Notes: generated by a model not told the origin, from the letters alone. A DNA stretch of 64,000 nucleotides from Octopus vulgaris (GCA_951406725.2 OX597822.1:15810001-15874000), one strand, 5' to 3'; counted from the first letter of the stretch, positions 25,401 to 39,830 are shown. Translations and numbers: made by a program.

Positions 25401-25614
25401 TATTAAATAGATTTGCAGTTTTAATATACTGTATTCAACAAGTTATGTGACTTGGTTACAGAGGCTTAAGGAACTTGCTAAAAGGTTTTTGGGGGTCAGA
25501 ACCCTGCAGTGTTATTCTTGAATAACATGGCCGTAAAATGGAACACATTTAGACTCATGGGGTCTTTTTCTAGGCATTAGTCTGAAACGAGATTTACTGA
25601 CAATTACAACACCA

Positions 25615-25848
25615 ACTCTTTCACCACAACTTTCTCTCACTCTTACTTCCTGTTTCTGTTGTACCTGTATTTCAAAGGGCCGGCCTTGTTACTCTCTGTG
25701 TCACGCTGAATATCCCCGAGAACTACGTTAAGGGTGCACGTGTCTGTGGAGTGCTCAGCCACTTACACGTTAATTTCACGAGCAGGCTGTTCCGTTGATT
25801 CGGATCAACCGGAAGCCTCATCGTCGTAACCGACGGAGTGCTTCCAAA
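25615..25848 (+). mobile_element. 5'-truncated SINE family D
   Basis: Homologous to 40735-40955. Confidence 0.88.
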
Positions 25849-26874
25849 ATACCCGTTCATAGCATTAACATGCTTTAACACTAATATAATCTATATTCGT
25901 TAATAACAAGCTGTTATTTCTCTATTTTACCGTTCAATACGATTGTTTTGTCACTACGCTTCTGATACTAATGACGATATATCTTTCTGCTCATAACTCA
26001 GCGAGTCTATAAATCTGTTTATTTATATTTGGTTACCTCACGTTACATTCTGCTTTCAAATCCCGCCCAGGTCAATTTTCATCTTTCTGTAGTCGCCTCA
26101 GTAGGACTATTTCCTCTACTGTAGCAATTTTTCCACAAAAGCTGCAACCCAGATCCAATGTCAGCATTTTACTATATTAACATTACACTTAAAACTTTTA
26201 TTGAATTTATAATTGCTCTTATATTTCTCATTGTAATATCAAACATTGATCTATTCAGCGGTGAATCATGTCTCTGAGATCTTGAAAGTTTTCCACCTTG
26301 TGAACATTCGACAGCTTATGTGTCGATGCAATACCACATAAATACCTTTTCTTACTACGAAACCTGAAACAACAGACTATTTTTGGTTTGTGTTTTATCT
26401 ACTCAAACCTTTGATGCATGTATAACTTTAATAAAGGACTTTGGCCTCAGAGCAGAAAAACTAAATTTGATATAACTGAGTGATTTAATATAAAACATCT
26501 CTCACTCTACACCTACACGCACTCTCACACACACAGACACACATACACACAGACACACATACACACACACATATATAAGTACGAATTATTGTGACCTTAT
26601 AAGACGATGGATTTGATCCCTTTGCTAGGCGGCGGAATTGAGACTGAGCATGGCATTTCCTTTCGTGGTATTTTATTTCAGCTGAGTCTACACAGCTAGA
26701 AATTAGCAGCGACTTAGTACAGGTGCACTCTTCTCATCATTTGGTCATCACATTCTCAATGGTCTGCTGGTTTAAGTTTGAGAGGAGTTAGAAGGTGTCT
26801 AAATCCTCTCATGATTATACTGGCGCATGTACGTACGTATGAATGTATGTATGTATGTATTATGTCATTATTAA

Positions 26875-26975
26875 ATTATTTCAACAATATTTCTTGCAAA
26901 AAGAGAACCGTTTTCTAACTTAGATCCAATGCCCTTTCATTGGAATTTCAACATCAACAACAGGGTATTTTTGTA
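26875..26975 (-). repeat. Second copy of the module at 22315-22370, between tetranucleotide microsatellites
   Basis: Minus strand aaaaataccctg..gatgttgaaatt.caatgaaag...ttggatcta.gtta matches 22315-22370. Confidence 0.75.
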
Positions 26976-28070
26976 TGTATATATGTGTGTATGTGTGTAT
27001 GTATATATGTATGTATGTATGTAGGTAGGTAGGTAGGTAGGTAGGTAGGTAGGTAGGTAGGTAGGTAGGTAGGAAGGAAGGAAGGAAGGAAGGAAGATAG
27101 TCTCTTCAGCCTAAAGACTATCTTGTTGAAGTCATTCACTAATTAATTCTTATCAGTTTCCAACCTAATGAAAGCTAAAATTTGATCCATATCATCGTCC
27201 GTTTTACGTTCCGGTTATGTGACACTTTGCCACCTGAATTATTATGACAAAAATAGTCAGAAATACATACATGGAAGGCGGAGCAGTAAAAGACAAATAT
27301 AGTTCTGATGAGATCTGAACTTAGGATGTTGAGAAACATATGTACAATCTCACAGCTCAGCGCTGTACAGATTCGGCCGTTCAGTAATAACAATGTTTCA
27401 AGCTGTAACGTATGATATAAAACATAATATTGAAGAATCTAGAGAGAAACCTACCATGTATGGAATTCAGTAAATAGTTTATTTTTTCTGTTCATATTTT
27501 GCTAAATATTTCGATGAAAACAAGGAAGAACGTGCATGATTTATAATTGCAAAAATCTAATACATTGGAGTTGTAGAAGGGTTTTGGTCAGAACAGATGA
27601 TTTCTTTACAATCACGTGTGTATTCTCATTCACTCTTACGTGCAGCCTGATAAAAATATATAAACCACAATTGAACATCATGTTGGTACGGTGTCGATAT
27701 TGATGACTAGAAAATAGTGTTCAGGAAAAGGAAAAAAATTGCGAACAATGGCTTCGTGAAGGTAATCATACAGGAAGCAAATTTTCCTCTAGAATAAAGC
27801 TATCTGAAATTGTTTTTCGTTTCTGCCAGTAAAAATGATATCAATGTTATTACTGAAAAACATTGTACTAGTATTCCTTGACAACAAAATATATTTCCTC
27901 TCCTTTTTCATCAAGTATGAGAAAAATGACGTGTGTTTGAGGTTAACTTTTACTACATAAAAAAATGATGATGCATTTTTATGACGCAATAAAACAAATC
28001 TTATAGAAAATATATAGGTGCGTGTGTGTATGTGTGCGTATACATACACAAACTCACATATATATACATA

Positions 28071-28276
28071 TTCTTTTATTCTTTTACTTGTTTCAGTCAT
28101 TTAACTGCAGCCATGCTGGAGCACCGCATGTAGTCGAGCAAATCGACCCCAGGACTAATTCTTTGTAAGCCTATTACTTATTATATCGGTCTTTTATTAC
28201 CGAAGCGTTAAGTTACGTGAACTTCAACACACCAACATCGGTTGGCAAGCGATGATGAGGGAACAAACACAGACAC
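28071..28276 (-). mobile_element. 3' half of SINE family A (inverted relative to its neighbour)
   Basis: Reverse complement of ~28770-28987. Confidence 0.9.
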
Positions 28277-28280
28277 TCAC

Positions 28281-28282
28281 AA

Positions 28283-28318
<36 letters not shown>

Positions 28319-28352
28319 ATATGTATACGAAGATATATATATATATATATAC

Positions 28353-28392
<40 letters not shown>

Positions 28393-28527
28393 GTATATAT
28401 ATATATATGTATATATATATTTATATGTATATATATATATATGTATATATATGTATATATATTTATATTATATATATATATATATGTATATATATATGTA
28501 TTATATATATATGTATATATATATGTG

Positions 28528-28566
<39 letters not shown>
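28281..28566. repeat. Long (TA)n-rich microsatellite
   Basis: Directly visible. Confidence 0.95.
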
Positions 28567-28567
<1 letters not shown>

Positions 28568-28987
28568 GGCGCAGGAGTGGCTGTGTGGTAAGTAGCTTGC
28601 TAACCAACCACATGGTTCCGGGTTCAGTCCCACTGCGTGGCATCTTAGGCAAGTGTCTTCTGCTATAGCCCCGGGCCGACCAATGCCTTGTGAGTGGTTT
28701 TGGTAGACGGAAACTGAAAGAAGCCTGTCGTATATATGTATACATATATATATGTATGTGTGTGTGTGTTTGTGTATCTGTGTTTGTCCCCCTAGCATTG
28801 CTTGAAAACCGATGCTGGTGTGTTTACGTCCCCGTCACTTAGCGGTTCGGCAAAAAGGGACCGATAGAATAAGTACTGGGCTTGCAAAGAATAAGTCCCT
28901 GGGTCGATTTGCTCGACTAAAGGCGCTGCTCCAGCATGGCCGCAGTCAAATGACTGAAACAAGTAAAAGAGTAAAAGAGTAAAGAGT
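28568..28987 (+). mobile_element. Full-length tRNA-derived SINE family A
   Basis: A box TGGCTGTGTGG, B box GGTTCAGTCCC, internal microsatellite, LINE-like tail ending in (GTAAAAGA)n. Confidence 0.92.
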
Positions 28988-30982
28988 ATATATATTATCA
29001 GTGTATTTTCATGTGTATGTGTGATAATTACTATGGCAGAAAAATAATTGAGGGTTGTTACTCCACAGGACATTTATCATTTTGCTTTAGGCACAAGTGA
29101 CACTTGATATAAGCTACTACAAGGATGCCACTGTTAGCGTTGTTAGTAAATTGTTCCACCATACCCGAAATAAAACGCTCACGCGCAAGTTGGAAGATCA
29201 TTTCCCATCATCCATCTGATCTTGTTTAGAATAGAGCTTCTCTTGAAATACTGTGCCCAATGATGAAAATTACAATTGACTGAGGGGCCTAAGACAAGTA
29301 AAACTCATTCCGCAGAAATTAATAAAGCAGTTAATGCTTTCGCATGATAAATATTAAAACACGAAATGAATTGATTTTAAAAAATAAATTATATATAATT
29401 TGATGTAAGTATATTTGATTTGTCAATTATATAAAAGCTGATTTTGTACTGAAGAGAAGAAAATAGTATTTCTATGACTAATGTCGTTCTTTCTAGTATT
29501 TATTTGACAGTTACCTCCCTTGATACTACCTCTTCAAACAAAGTCAATACTAAATCTCGAATATCAATTAATTGTTTCACGTAATACAGGAAGCTGATTT
29601 ATGGACATTATTCGAAGATTTTTACTCTAATAGAACCATTGTAGCCTACAGGAGAAATACTCATCTGTTCGTCAATTCACGTAATTGTCTAAATCTTTGA
29701 TTCTGCTAGTTTACACATCGGCTCCCCAAAATTAATAAAAAATAGTTGTTGACAAACGTGTTTCATCATTTTGCTTTTTTTAAATCTCTATCACGGTGAT
29801 AATTTGGTGAGCAATGCCGTCTTTGTAACACCTGATCTACGACATATTTACCATTCTACTTTTGGAACCAATGGTTCTTGATATTTGCAATAAAAAAATG
29901 CCCTTGCTTTTATTATCAGTAAAACCACGAAATATATAAGAAACAAGAAGTTCGCAATAAGATGGCCAATAAATGGCCATTTGCCGTTTATCCTCGATCG
30001 GAAGAACGCCATTCGGTAGATTGACAAACGGCCACCAACAGACTTCAGCCACTTCATAAAATAATTGCTCTTCTTTAGCGCTATTAGCGTTGTAATAAAC
30101 TTAAGGACACATCTTTTACTTTAACAAACAAAAGACCGATCTCTTTTTCCATTCACCATTTTTGGTGTCTTATTACGTTCTCCAATAAATATTTAAAGCA
30201 CTTCTTTATGTGTAGAACGCTGCTCCTTAAATCTGTTCAAGAATCACGTTATAGGCTGCAGAATACATCACATAAGGGATGTTAAAAATTCGCATAAACT
30301 ACAGTTATATACCCACTCTTGTAAGATATTGAAGTACATTGGTTATAACAGCAAGTCTGCAGATAAGCTAGTAAACAAGAAAATATATAGCAGTGTCGAG
30401 CAGCGACACACTTTACCGTTGTCACTTACAATCCTATGCAAATTAAACCTAGAATTCAGTCAGAAATGGAACGATATTGATATGACTTGTCCTTTAAATT
30501 TAAATAAAATCATTAATTACAGATATGTTTTCGGGTTATACACATTATGAAAGATATCTCAGAACATAGTATAGTATAAGGCATTAGCTTAATTACTGGG
30601 TTGAATTATGTTTCCTCACATCTAATTAACCGCTTTGAATCTGTTCTAATCTGAACACGGAAACATATTCAAGTGGCATGTAACCAACAGCTTATTACAT
30701 ACAGGGTATTGAACAATGAAAATTATAACTACTCACGTTTAACTACATCTGGCAATATTACCTTTCCAAATGCAATCCACATGAATACATATTAATTGGT
30801 CATTATTTACCATAGAGGAACACCTGCTTTCTTACTCTCTAATAACCTAATATTTAGAAACAAAATAAGCAATGCAAAGAAAATTAAGTTATTACGGAAG
30901 ATGAAATGAAAAGTAATGTTTGCTAATAGTTAATTGGGAAATATTATAGCAAGGCATACGCATAAACACGCGCGCGCGCGAG

Positions 30983-31052
<70 letters not shown>

Positions 31053-31139
31053 CATAGTGTGATGGAGGTGGTTGTGTGCGTGTATGTGTAAAATGAAAAG
31101 AGAAATATTGATGATATATTTATGAAAAAGAAGTGATTA

Positions 31140-31295
31140 ATATTGGTTTCTAATTTTGGATCAAGGCCAACAATGTGGAGGGAGAGATCAAGTTGATTAT
31201 TTGACACCAGTGCTTCACTGCTACTTATTTTATCGACCTTGAAAGAATAAAATGCAAAGTCGAGCCTGGTGGAATCTGAACTCAAAGCGAAAAGG
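31140..31295 (-). mobile_element. Diverged family B-related SINE fragment
   Basis: tacttattttatcgacc..gaaag....aaagtcga..tggtggaatctgaactca matches the family B core. Confidence 0.7.
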
Positions 31296-31974
31296 CGGCG
31301 TATTGAGTAATGTTCTTATATATTATATACGGTTCTTATATTCTATATACAGTTTCACTCCTAAATTCCAGTATAACCTATCGAAGTTTGTCAAGGTAAG
31401 CTTTTTAAATATTGTGGCCTGTTAAAAGTTTAACATTTAAAATCATGTAACCCAAATAAATGTTGTATGAGGGAGGATCGTTAATAAAAAGTCCAGAGTT
31501 CAGAAATTCGAACAAGGTTGAGCAACAGAAAAGAAACAGAATCTGGAGTCTACATAAGTTACGCAGAATTAGGAAGATGTGTGGGTGTGGATAATATCAG
31601 ATATATTGCCAGGTAGAATTCCTTGGATTAATGAATGGAACTATATAACAAGTCAAAGATATGCGTATAAAATCCGAGACACAGAATTTGTGAGTGTGCT
31701 TATGAATGCGTGTGTTTCCCTGTTTACATACCTATGCTTATCATATGCACGATATTAACCGCCACTTGAAGCACTCTACTTACCCCTCATGGGCCGTACC
31801 AAAAACAAAGCGTCGCCACACAATATTTAATAATGGAAGACTAACAAAGCTATTTGAGTCTAGGAGAAATGCCTTGCAGTATCCCAGGCGGCCCTTTACA
31901 TTCTCTGTTTGAAACATGCCGCCAAGATCAACATTCCTTTTCATCCATTTAGGATCGATAATTTCACATATCGA

Positions 31975-33345
31975 TGATTTCACATATCAGCAAAGTCACA
32001 GATCGAATCGTCAGAAGGAAACTGGTTCTGTTCCGAGAAGAAAACAACTTGCAGAGCGATATCCAACATAGTTTCCGTCCCAGATCAAACTGCTTCATAC
32101 ATGTCCCTTACGGCACCATTACTTGGCTAGATGTTGTTGCTCGACCATTTAAATGTTGGTGTGATATATTTAGACCTTGCAAAGACACCTGACATGCTGT
32201 GTCGTAGCGTGATACCAGGTGAACGGGGAGACCGGCTACATGTCTTAGTGAAAAACAGACATGAGGAAATTGCAGCCAATGATACCCGCTCTAGGGAAAA
32301 TACGTTTTGAGTCCTAGAACCAGCATATTTTGAATCCTGGAACCAACACTAATTATAATAGCACACTTAGACAGGACAATGATCATTCAGACACTCATTC
32401 TCAATAGCTACGACGACGGTAGAAAGTTATCACGGGCAATAAAGAGCCCCGGCGATGCCGTAAGCCTGTCGTGGGATCTAAATTCAATATATCCAAATGG
32501 GCTGAACAAGACAATATGCAGTTTATCATTAGGAAACTTCAAGTACTGCGCTGTCAGCTCACAAATGCAGTCTGCGCTTTTAGATCAAGAAGGCGCTGCG
32601 ATCGCAGAGTTCCAGACAATGAGAGAATTGAGGATCAGTATGTGTAACAATGCATCATTTCACATGCACATTACCAAGATAACAATAAAGCGTAGGCAGT
32701 GTGGATACTAAGATTTTCTAGGTCAAGAGGCTAAGAATTCATGTTGATCCCGTGGAAGACCTTTGGCCCAGCACTACTCCACCAACAAGACAGTTGCAGA
32801 TGTATCACTTGGAGAGTCTTAAACAGATTAAGACTTTACTCTTTAGAGGGACGACGTGAGGAATTTTGTCATAATTTACATGTGGAAAATGTTTGCAAGG
32901 GCCAGGACCTGACTTGAGCAACAAAATTTATGCAAATGCCTGGACTGGATGGCATTGCGTAGTACCGAATGTACCATCTACTCATCTAATTTGAAAACCA
33001 GTAACAGCAATAGATTAGGATTAAAAGGCTCACTGTTCTTCAATACTCTCGCAAAAGAACAAAGAAACCTGCATAATTTGAATGCGAATATCTCCTGACA
33101 GAAACTGGGCATTCTCCCATGCTTGATATCAGATCAGCCTACGTCTGGGCATGAAGGGTAGACGAGGGTTGTGGCAGCGTCAAACTTATTTATACACCAA
33201 ATTAGCCAACAACCGGGAGAAAAGCGTATCTAAATGTGTGGCGATAGAATCCAGCTGCCCAGAAAAAACGGTCATATGCGAGGTATGTGGAAAGGTGGTG
33301 CTCCAGAATGACCGCAGCTGCATGGCCAAAACGTATAAAGCAGAT
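31975..33345 (+). mobile_element. Decayed CR1/L2-group LINE (RT region to 3' end)
   Basis: SHISKVTDRIVRRKL..F.EENNLQSDIQHSFRP (compare QHGFRxGRSC), DVIYLDLAK and SYDDGRKL (YADDTK-like). Tail ggtggtgctccagaatgaccgcagc. Confidence 0.75.
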
Positions 33346-35397
33346 GAAAGAAATATATCATGAGCATTTTATCTAATTATCCATGTGTTCTTTATGCAGA
33401 AATCGTCCCTGAAACAAGATTTGATGACTTTTATATTATATAAATATTAACATACGATTTCGTTTCAGTTTTAACGGTTATTCGCAGCGGAAACCGTTTG
33501 TAGCGTTAATGTGCAAGAAGGTAATGAAATCAGTACCAGAATTATATTAAGATCGATTTTATTGAATGTATACTTTGACCATGTGAATAGTCAAAAGAAA
33601 CCAATGGTTATTCACAAATAAAAAGAAATCCTTATATTCCGTGAAACCTCCACATATAACTTTACTATTCATATTAGATTTTTGAAACTAGCTTTGAACG
33701 TAATGTATTTGAGAAACAAGTAAATGTTTCGTCAAACGTACACGTATAAGTTAGACAATTTTAATGAATAGTTTGTTTGGTACCAGCAGCAATATTTTTA
33801 CTATCAAATGAATAATAAAGATGTTTAATATCATCCTTATATAGATTCATGACACGATTCATTCAACGCATCTAGCCGCATTTATATGTGTATGTATATG
33901 TGTGTGTGTTTGTACCTATTTGCTTATGCATGCATACTCACAAATACATATGCATATAAGTATGTGTGCCTGTAAATATACGTATATGTATATACGCATG
34001 CGTATATGTGTGTATGTATATAATTATTGTGTGTATGTGCGTGTCTTCTCCAAATTATTCTAATCTCGGCGTCTTCAGAGCCTAACACATTACGTATCGA
34101 AGATACTATAAAATGAAATGGAAACACAGTTTGATTAAAAGAGAACTATCCACGCGCTACCGGTCTGTTTTTATCTGTTGAGTTAGGAAGGAAGGCCAAG
34201 TAGATAGCATTTTACACTATCTTCGAGACTATTAGGACGTTGGCTCGGGAACACAGGGTGCAGAGGTTGCAAGCGCCCCTCTAAAATTTTGGCTGGATAC
34301 AAAATGAAGTGTTTTTTTTTTTGTCTCTAGTACAATGCAGCAACTCCATCTGGCACACGGTACATAAAAAGTTGAACAATGAAAACATTTTGAACATCCT
34401 CCTGAAAAAACTTCCTTGCCAAAGCAAACGAGCATAGAAATATTTGGGGGCTGATTTTTTTGATTGATGAACAAATATAATAAAAGCAATACTTATTCTT
34501 AAACCTAAGTTTGTTTTGTTATTGAGATCGAAAATAATTGGCCTTGTTTCTAAACATTTTCAACTTGGTTTTGCATCCTTGAAGCAAATATCGTCGCCCG
34601 TCATATTTGTTAGGGAAGCAAATATGTAAACCGAGGAAGTAGCTGGAACGCATGCAATGGACAACATTCCGTCAAAGGCATCCACGGTACCAGATGGTTA
34701 TGTTGAATTGGGCCATAGAATTAGTTTACGACCAAAATACGCCGTGACTGGATTCGAAATCAGAATATAAAAAGCTGTAACAAACAATACATGGCAGATG
34801 ATTGTAGCTTTCTATTGGTAACTTTAGGTAGGGACCTTGAACAAATGAAAAACTAAATTTATAACGGGGAATCAACTTCGACCGGAGAAAGTTTGAAACA
34901 ATCTTCAAAGTATTCTATTCGATGATCTAACAAAACGGTGATGACAAGATGTGCACTAAATCTGTGTAAATATGGAAGAGCTGAAGTGATGAAAATGTCT
35001 TATAATGATAACCTAATACAGAAAGATTTAAGCAGCTGTGTAATGTGTAAATTGTGTGTAAGTCAAATTTTAATTTCTTTCATTTATATTGGGTGAAATA
35101 TGAGCCAGTTTTTTACTGAATTTCGATACAGCTTATATAGACTACAACGAACATTTCAGATGTTAATTTAACAAAGAAATGATATCTTTTCGAAGAAAAC
35201 AAATGTTTTGAGATGGTCAGATAACTCTAAGTCGTATCGTTTGTCCCCATTTGAACCAACACCAAATTAAAGTATCCAGTTATTTGATCTCAAACGTAAC
35301 AGTTACGAGAGAGAAAAAGAACTCTAATAAATATAGACCAACTTCTTTACATCTAATCCAGTTCCAGGACCACAATGACGTTTTCTTCTTCTTCTTC

Positions 35398-35443
<46 letters not shown>

Positions 35444-37333
35444 CATTATTATGTTTTAATGATTATTTGTCCATACTTTCTGTGTATTTCTTTGTCGTTC
35501 ATTTGCAATATTCTATAATTTGTGATTGATCATTCTGCGAATTTATGTAATTTTTTCTTTGTACATGATTCAATAAATTCAGTATACAAAGTATAAGAAA
35601 GGAAATAAAAGCTACCATTTGGGTGCCAGCCATATAATTCATTGTATTTCCTATCATATCAGATTGATTGCAACCATTTCTCCTCTATAGTTTCTCTCTC
35701 TAATATACTTTACAATTACTTCAAAATTCTACACGTTTCGACAATCCACAGATGTTTTATTTTCTCTCTTAGTTCTGTTTTATATTGACATACGACACTA
35801 ATAACCCTCGCCAAAATACAGTTTCAATACGACATTAAGGTTTCTTACTTGAAAGCAACAAACTTCGCTGTGTAATTACATAGCACTCGAATATATACAC
35901 TACATCGTTCGAAAATGCTGTCAAGTTGGCATGGCATATCTCTTTCTCGCTCTCGTACTCTCTCCCTCTTTTCCCACTTTCTCTTTTTTCTCTCTCTATT
36001 TTGCTAATTACAGTTATTCAGTTATATCTTTCCTCTATATGTGAGACACTAAATATATATCCACCAGTAAACAAGCAATCATATAGACACATAAAAAGTG
36101 TATTGATGTTACCAAAAAAAAAAAAATAATAATCTAAAAGAAAATAATAATCATTCGAGTATATTCTATTAGTTCCAGCGACAGATATTATATCAACCAG
36201 GACCTAATGAGTAGCCTAATGTATTTCTTTATTTAAAGTATGATTTCATTTTATTATTTTTTACCTAAAAGTAAAGTACAAAAATAAAAGCGTACATACA
36301 AATTATAGAAGAACTGAATAAAAATTACATTGACCTGAACGAACGGGTTAAGTCATCGTATTACATAACACTAATTGTATCAATAATTAGAGAGCGTAAC
36401 AACGTTATATTTCAACGTATAGGTCTCGGTTTCAACCATTATATTTACAAGAATATATTTACAAGAATATAAAGGCATACTATGCCCGGTTAGCAGGGTT
36501 TATAAATTACCACGAAAATGGTTGTAGAATAAATACTGTGCCAATGCAGTCTCTGTTCTGTTACATATGGTTTGATCGAAACATAATGCGTTGAATCTTT
36601 AAATATACATACGCAGAAGCTATAATAATATATCAATACGTGATAGTGTTATGTCAGATTTATTCTCTGTTGGTCCACATACATCGATCCTAATTTGCTT
36701 CTTTGTCGTATTCGTCTCCTTTGCAGGACCCCAATGTATCAATTTGTTGTTCTTCCAGCTAAGCAGCTTCAATCTAATGATTAGGGTGTACATTAACCGT
36801 TAGTCTTAGGAGAATTTATTTCCAACCTAAAATGTACAGAGACACTCGAGACCTACCCTAACATTGTTCACCAAACTTATTGACATGCAAGAAATCAACA
36901 ATTTCGTCCAACCCCTGGCTACAAATGGCCTATTTCTTCTGCATTCTACTACTGTTACTGCTGTTAAGTATGATTATTAAATTTGGTTGACCTAAGAAAA
37001 CGCCACTCATACGCTTCTGATTTGCTTGTCATTCCGCTTCAATTCACCTACATTGTAGGCTTTTAACTAGGCGCGTACTAAGCAGTCATTCTATCCAGGC
37101 TTTCTTCCAGAAAACGTTAGTTCCTTAATATACCCAAATAGACCTTACATTTCTTAACCTTAGTTTTTATATATAACAGAGAGTCTTCAAAGCTTCTGGG
37201 TAGGAAACCTGAATCCAGAAAATAGAAAATAAAAATAAGAAGTATTTTAAAACTATTTAAAAATTATTAATCTATATTTTTAAAGTAAGTTAGGGATCCA
37301 ATGATTAAGAAATCCTTATAATATATATGTTAT

Positions 37334-37480
37334 GGTGGCGAGCTGGTAAACGCTTGGCGGTATTTCGTCCGTACTTAGGTTCTGAGTTATTTTATCGGCC
37401 TTCGGGATCGGTAAAATAAGTAGCACTCGAGCAGTGGGGTCGAAGTAACCGTCCTATGCCCTTCAATTTGAAATCAATAT
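37334..37480 (+). mobile_element. Diverged, internally deleted family B-related SINE
   Basis: ggcgagctgg...gcggtatttcg..gttctgagtt..cggtaaaataagta. Confidence 0.65.
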
Positions 37481-38153
37481 ATATGCATGTCTCCAATCTA
37501 TTGAATTAATGTATCACAGAATCAAACAAGTTGTCACAACACAGTACGACCATTGATCGTTCCCATGATCTTAGAGGAAATATCTTAATTAAATGCAAGT
37601 GCTGGCTTCCATATATTTTACAATGTAGCACTTATTTTCCGATTGATAGCTTCATCGTTATGTAGAAACTTACAAAATGCTGATTGTCATTGTGTGTATA
37701 TCACTCTCTCGTGCTTTGTTATATATGTAAACATATCCACCCGGATCTGCATTAATTTCAAGAACGTTATGAAGAATTTTTGAACGTATCAACAAATAAT
37801 TCATCTTCGATCTAAGCACTATGAGACATTTATCTTAAATACATATTTTGATATTCCTACGAACATAACGTAACACTTATGCAAAGCTTAAAGTATATCT
37901 CGACGTTATTTTAACATAAATTTTAAGTATGCATTAATGTGTTAATGCATATATTCTCACTCTAGCATTCTATTCACCGCATGAGGCTAGTCATACAATG
38001 GAATCAGGAATCAATTTGTCATTTCAGAAATTGTCGCCTGTGTTATTTGCTAAGTGCTGTGATTTATATGAAAATATTCACCAAAACTTTGTCTTATAAA
38101 AGGGGTTGCAAAATAGCATGAATCTATGCATAAATACACGAAGAAAGAAGGGA

Positions 38154-38220
<67 letters not shown>

Positions 38221-38853
38221 CATATATATATATATATGCATATATACATATATAAAATCAGTATATGATTTAACTTATTAAACAAAGTTCAACAAGTTGA
38301 TTCATATTTATGAAATAGAGATTGGATGTTCAGATGCAATATAGTTTTTTTTATTTTTATTATTCCTATACAATTGTTTCATACAAATGGACCCAGATAT
38401 TCACAAATAGAACATCATAATAGTCAAACTTGTCCTCCTCAGTAGGAAATATTTAAAGGAAAGACAAAAAGGAAAAGACGGTTAAAATACATAAGTTTTC
38501 TCTTAGTTGTCATTTTAAGTGACTTATAAATTCATTCTTCTTGTCATTTGAATCTAGGCTAAAAAAATAAAAGTATATGGGGACTAATATATGTAATATT
38601 TAATTTAATCTTACTCTCTATAAAATCCAATATACATCTCTATTCAAAGCTCCTTAACTGTTTTTTTAACTCATCAAGCTGTATTTGAATGTTCGTTCGG
38701 AGTTACCAAATAAGTAGCTATATGTTATTTCAAATTCATATTTGATATTTCTTAACCGTCAACACTCCTTTCGACCTAAGATTTTTAGTAAATTGGTAGT
38801 TGGTATTAGGATGTGGGAAAAAAGTTTTTTCTATTCCAGTATTTTATGAATAA

Positions 38854-39247
38854 CTAGCAGTATCGCCCGGCGTTGCTCGGGTTTGTAAGGGAAATAACTA
38901 TATAAGCATTTTTAGAGAATTATAGCCAAAAAATAGCAAAAAATGCATTAAAAATGGAAAAAAAATTGCGGTAATTTTTTTTAAATCGTTGACTCATCGT
39001 AGACATTTTTAGAGAGTTACTTCCCTTATATAATAGCGAAAAAATGCATTAAAATGGGAAAAAATTATGGTAATTTTTTTTTAAATCGTAGACTCATCGT
39101 AGACGCGCGCTAATACCCAGAAGGGCTCGATATGAATCACGACTATAAGATACCCGGTTTTGGTTAAACTGCACCGCAAAATGTGGGAGTAGTTAGGAAT
39201 CTAAATCGTAGGAGACAGACACACAACCTTACTTTTATATATAAAGA
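38854..39247 (-). mobile_element. Non-autonomous Helitron
   Basis: Minus strand reads A|TCTTTATATATAAAA ... CCCGAGCAACGCCGGG hairpin ... CTAG|T. Inserted at AT with no TSD. Confidence 0.88.
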
Positions 39248-39350
39248 TAGGTTAATACGTCATAGGCAAAAATACATGTTATATGTCGTAAATAATGATC
39301 TAACCACGGCTTGACATATTTAAAAAGAACGTTACGAAATATATGCAATA

Positions 39351-39830
39351 CTAGCAGAAATACCCGGCGTTGTCCAGGTTAAAGAGAATTAAATTTTAAA
39401 ATGCCGACTAGATTATGCAGGTTTCAACTTTTAGTATCTGAGATACTTTCTACATTAATAACTCTGTAACCCATGCCAGCATAGAACATAGACTTTAAGT
39501 GAAATGTTAAAAGAAACTTTGCAACTCATATATGTTTATAAAGTGAATACACGTAATTCAAAACCACTTTTTGGAGGTTATTTCGTAACGAAATAATAGG
39601 TAGAGATTATAAACAATGAAAGGTCGATTTTGGCGATTCATTTGACAGAGGTAATACAGTGCCAATCCCATGATAAATCTGACGTAGTCTTGAAAGTTCC
39701 CATGAATCCTGGCTTAGATGTAATTTGTAGTGCAAAGTGCTTGTAATCTTGGTCAGTTGATGACAACAGTTTCTTCAATAGCTCTGGAGGTTGGGGATTG
39801 CAGGGAGTTTAATCTTTCCATTACTGCAAT
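39351..39830 (-). mobile_element. Helitron 3' end with possible decayed Pif1-type helicase sequence
   Basis: Hairpin plus CTAG|T at 39351-39378. Minus-strand fragments ERLNSLQ, RLQ..NYI*ARI and IAKIDL resemble RepHel C-terminal motifs. Confidence 0.5.

Noticed and set aside
26900-26950. Minus-strand CCAATGA...TAGAAAACGGTT as a hammerhead variant
   Set aside because: Non-canonical core, poor stem II and no stem I.
27300-27356. CTGATGAGATC...GAAACATATGTA resembling a hammerhead with palindromic stem III
   Set aside because: The base of stem II does not pair and no stem I forms; likely chance.
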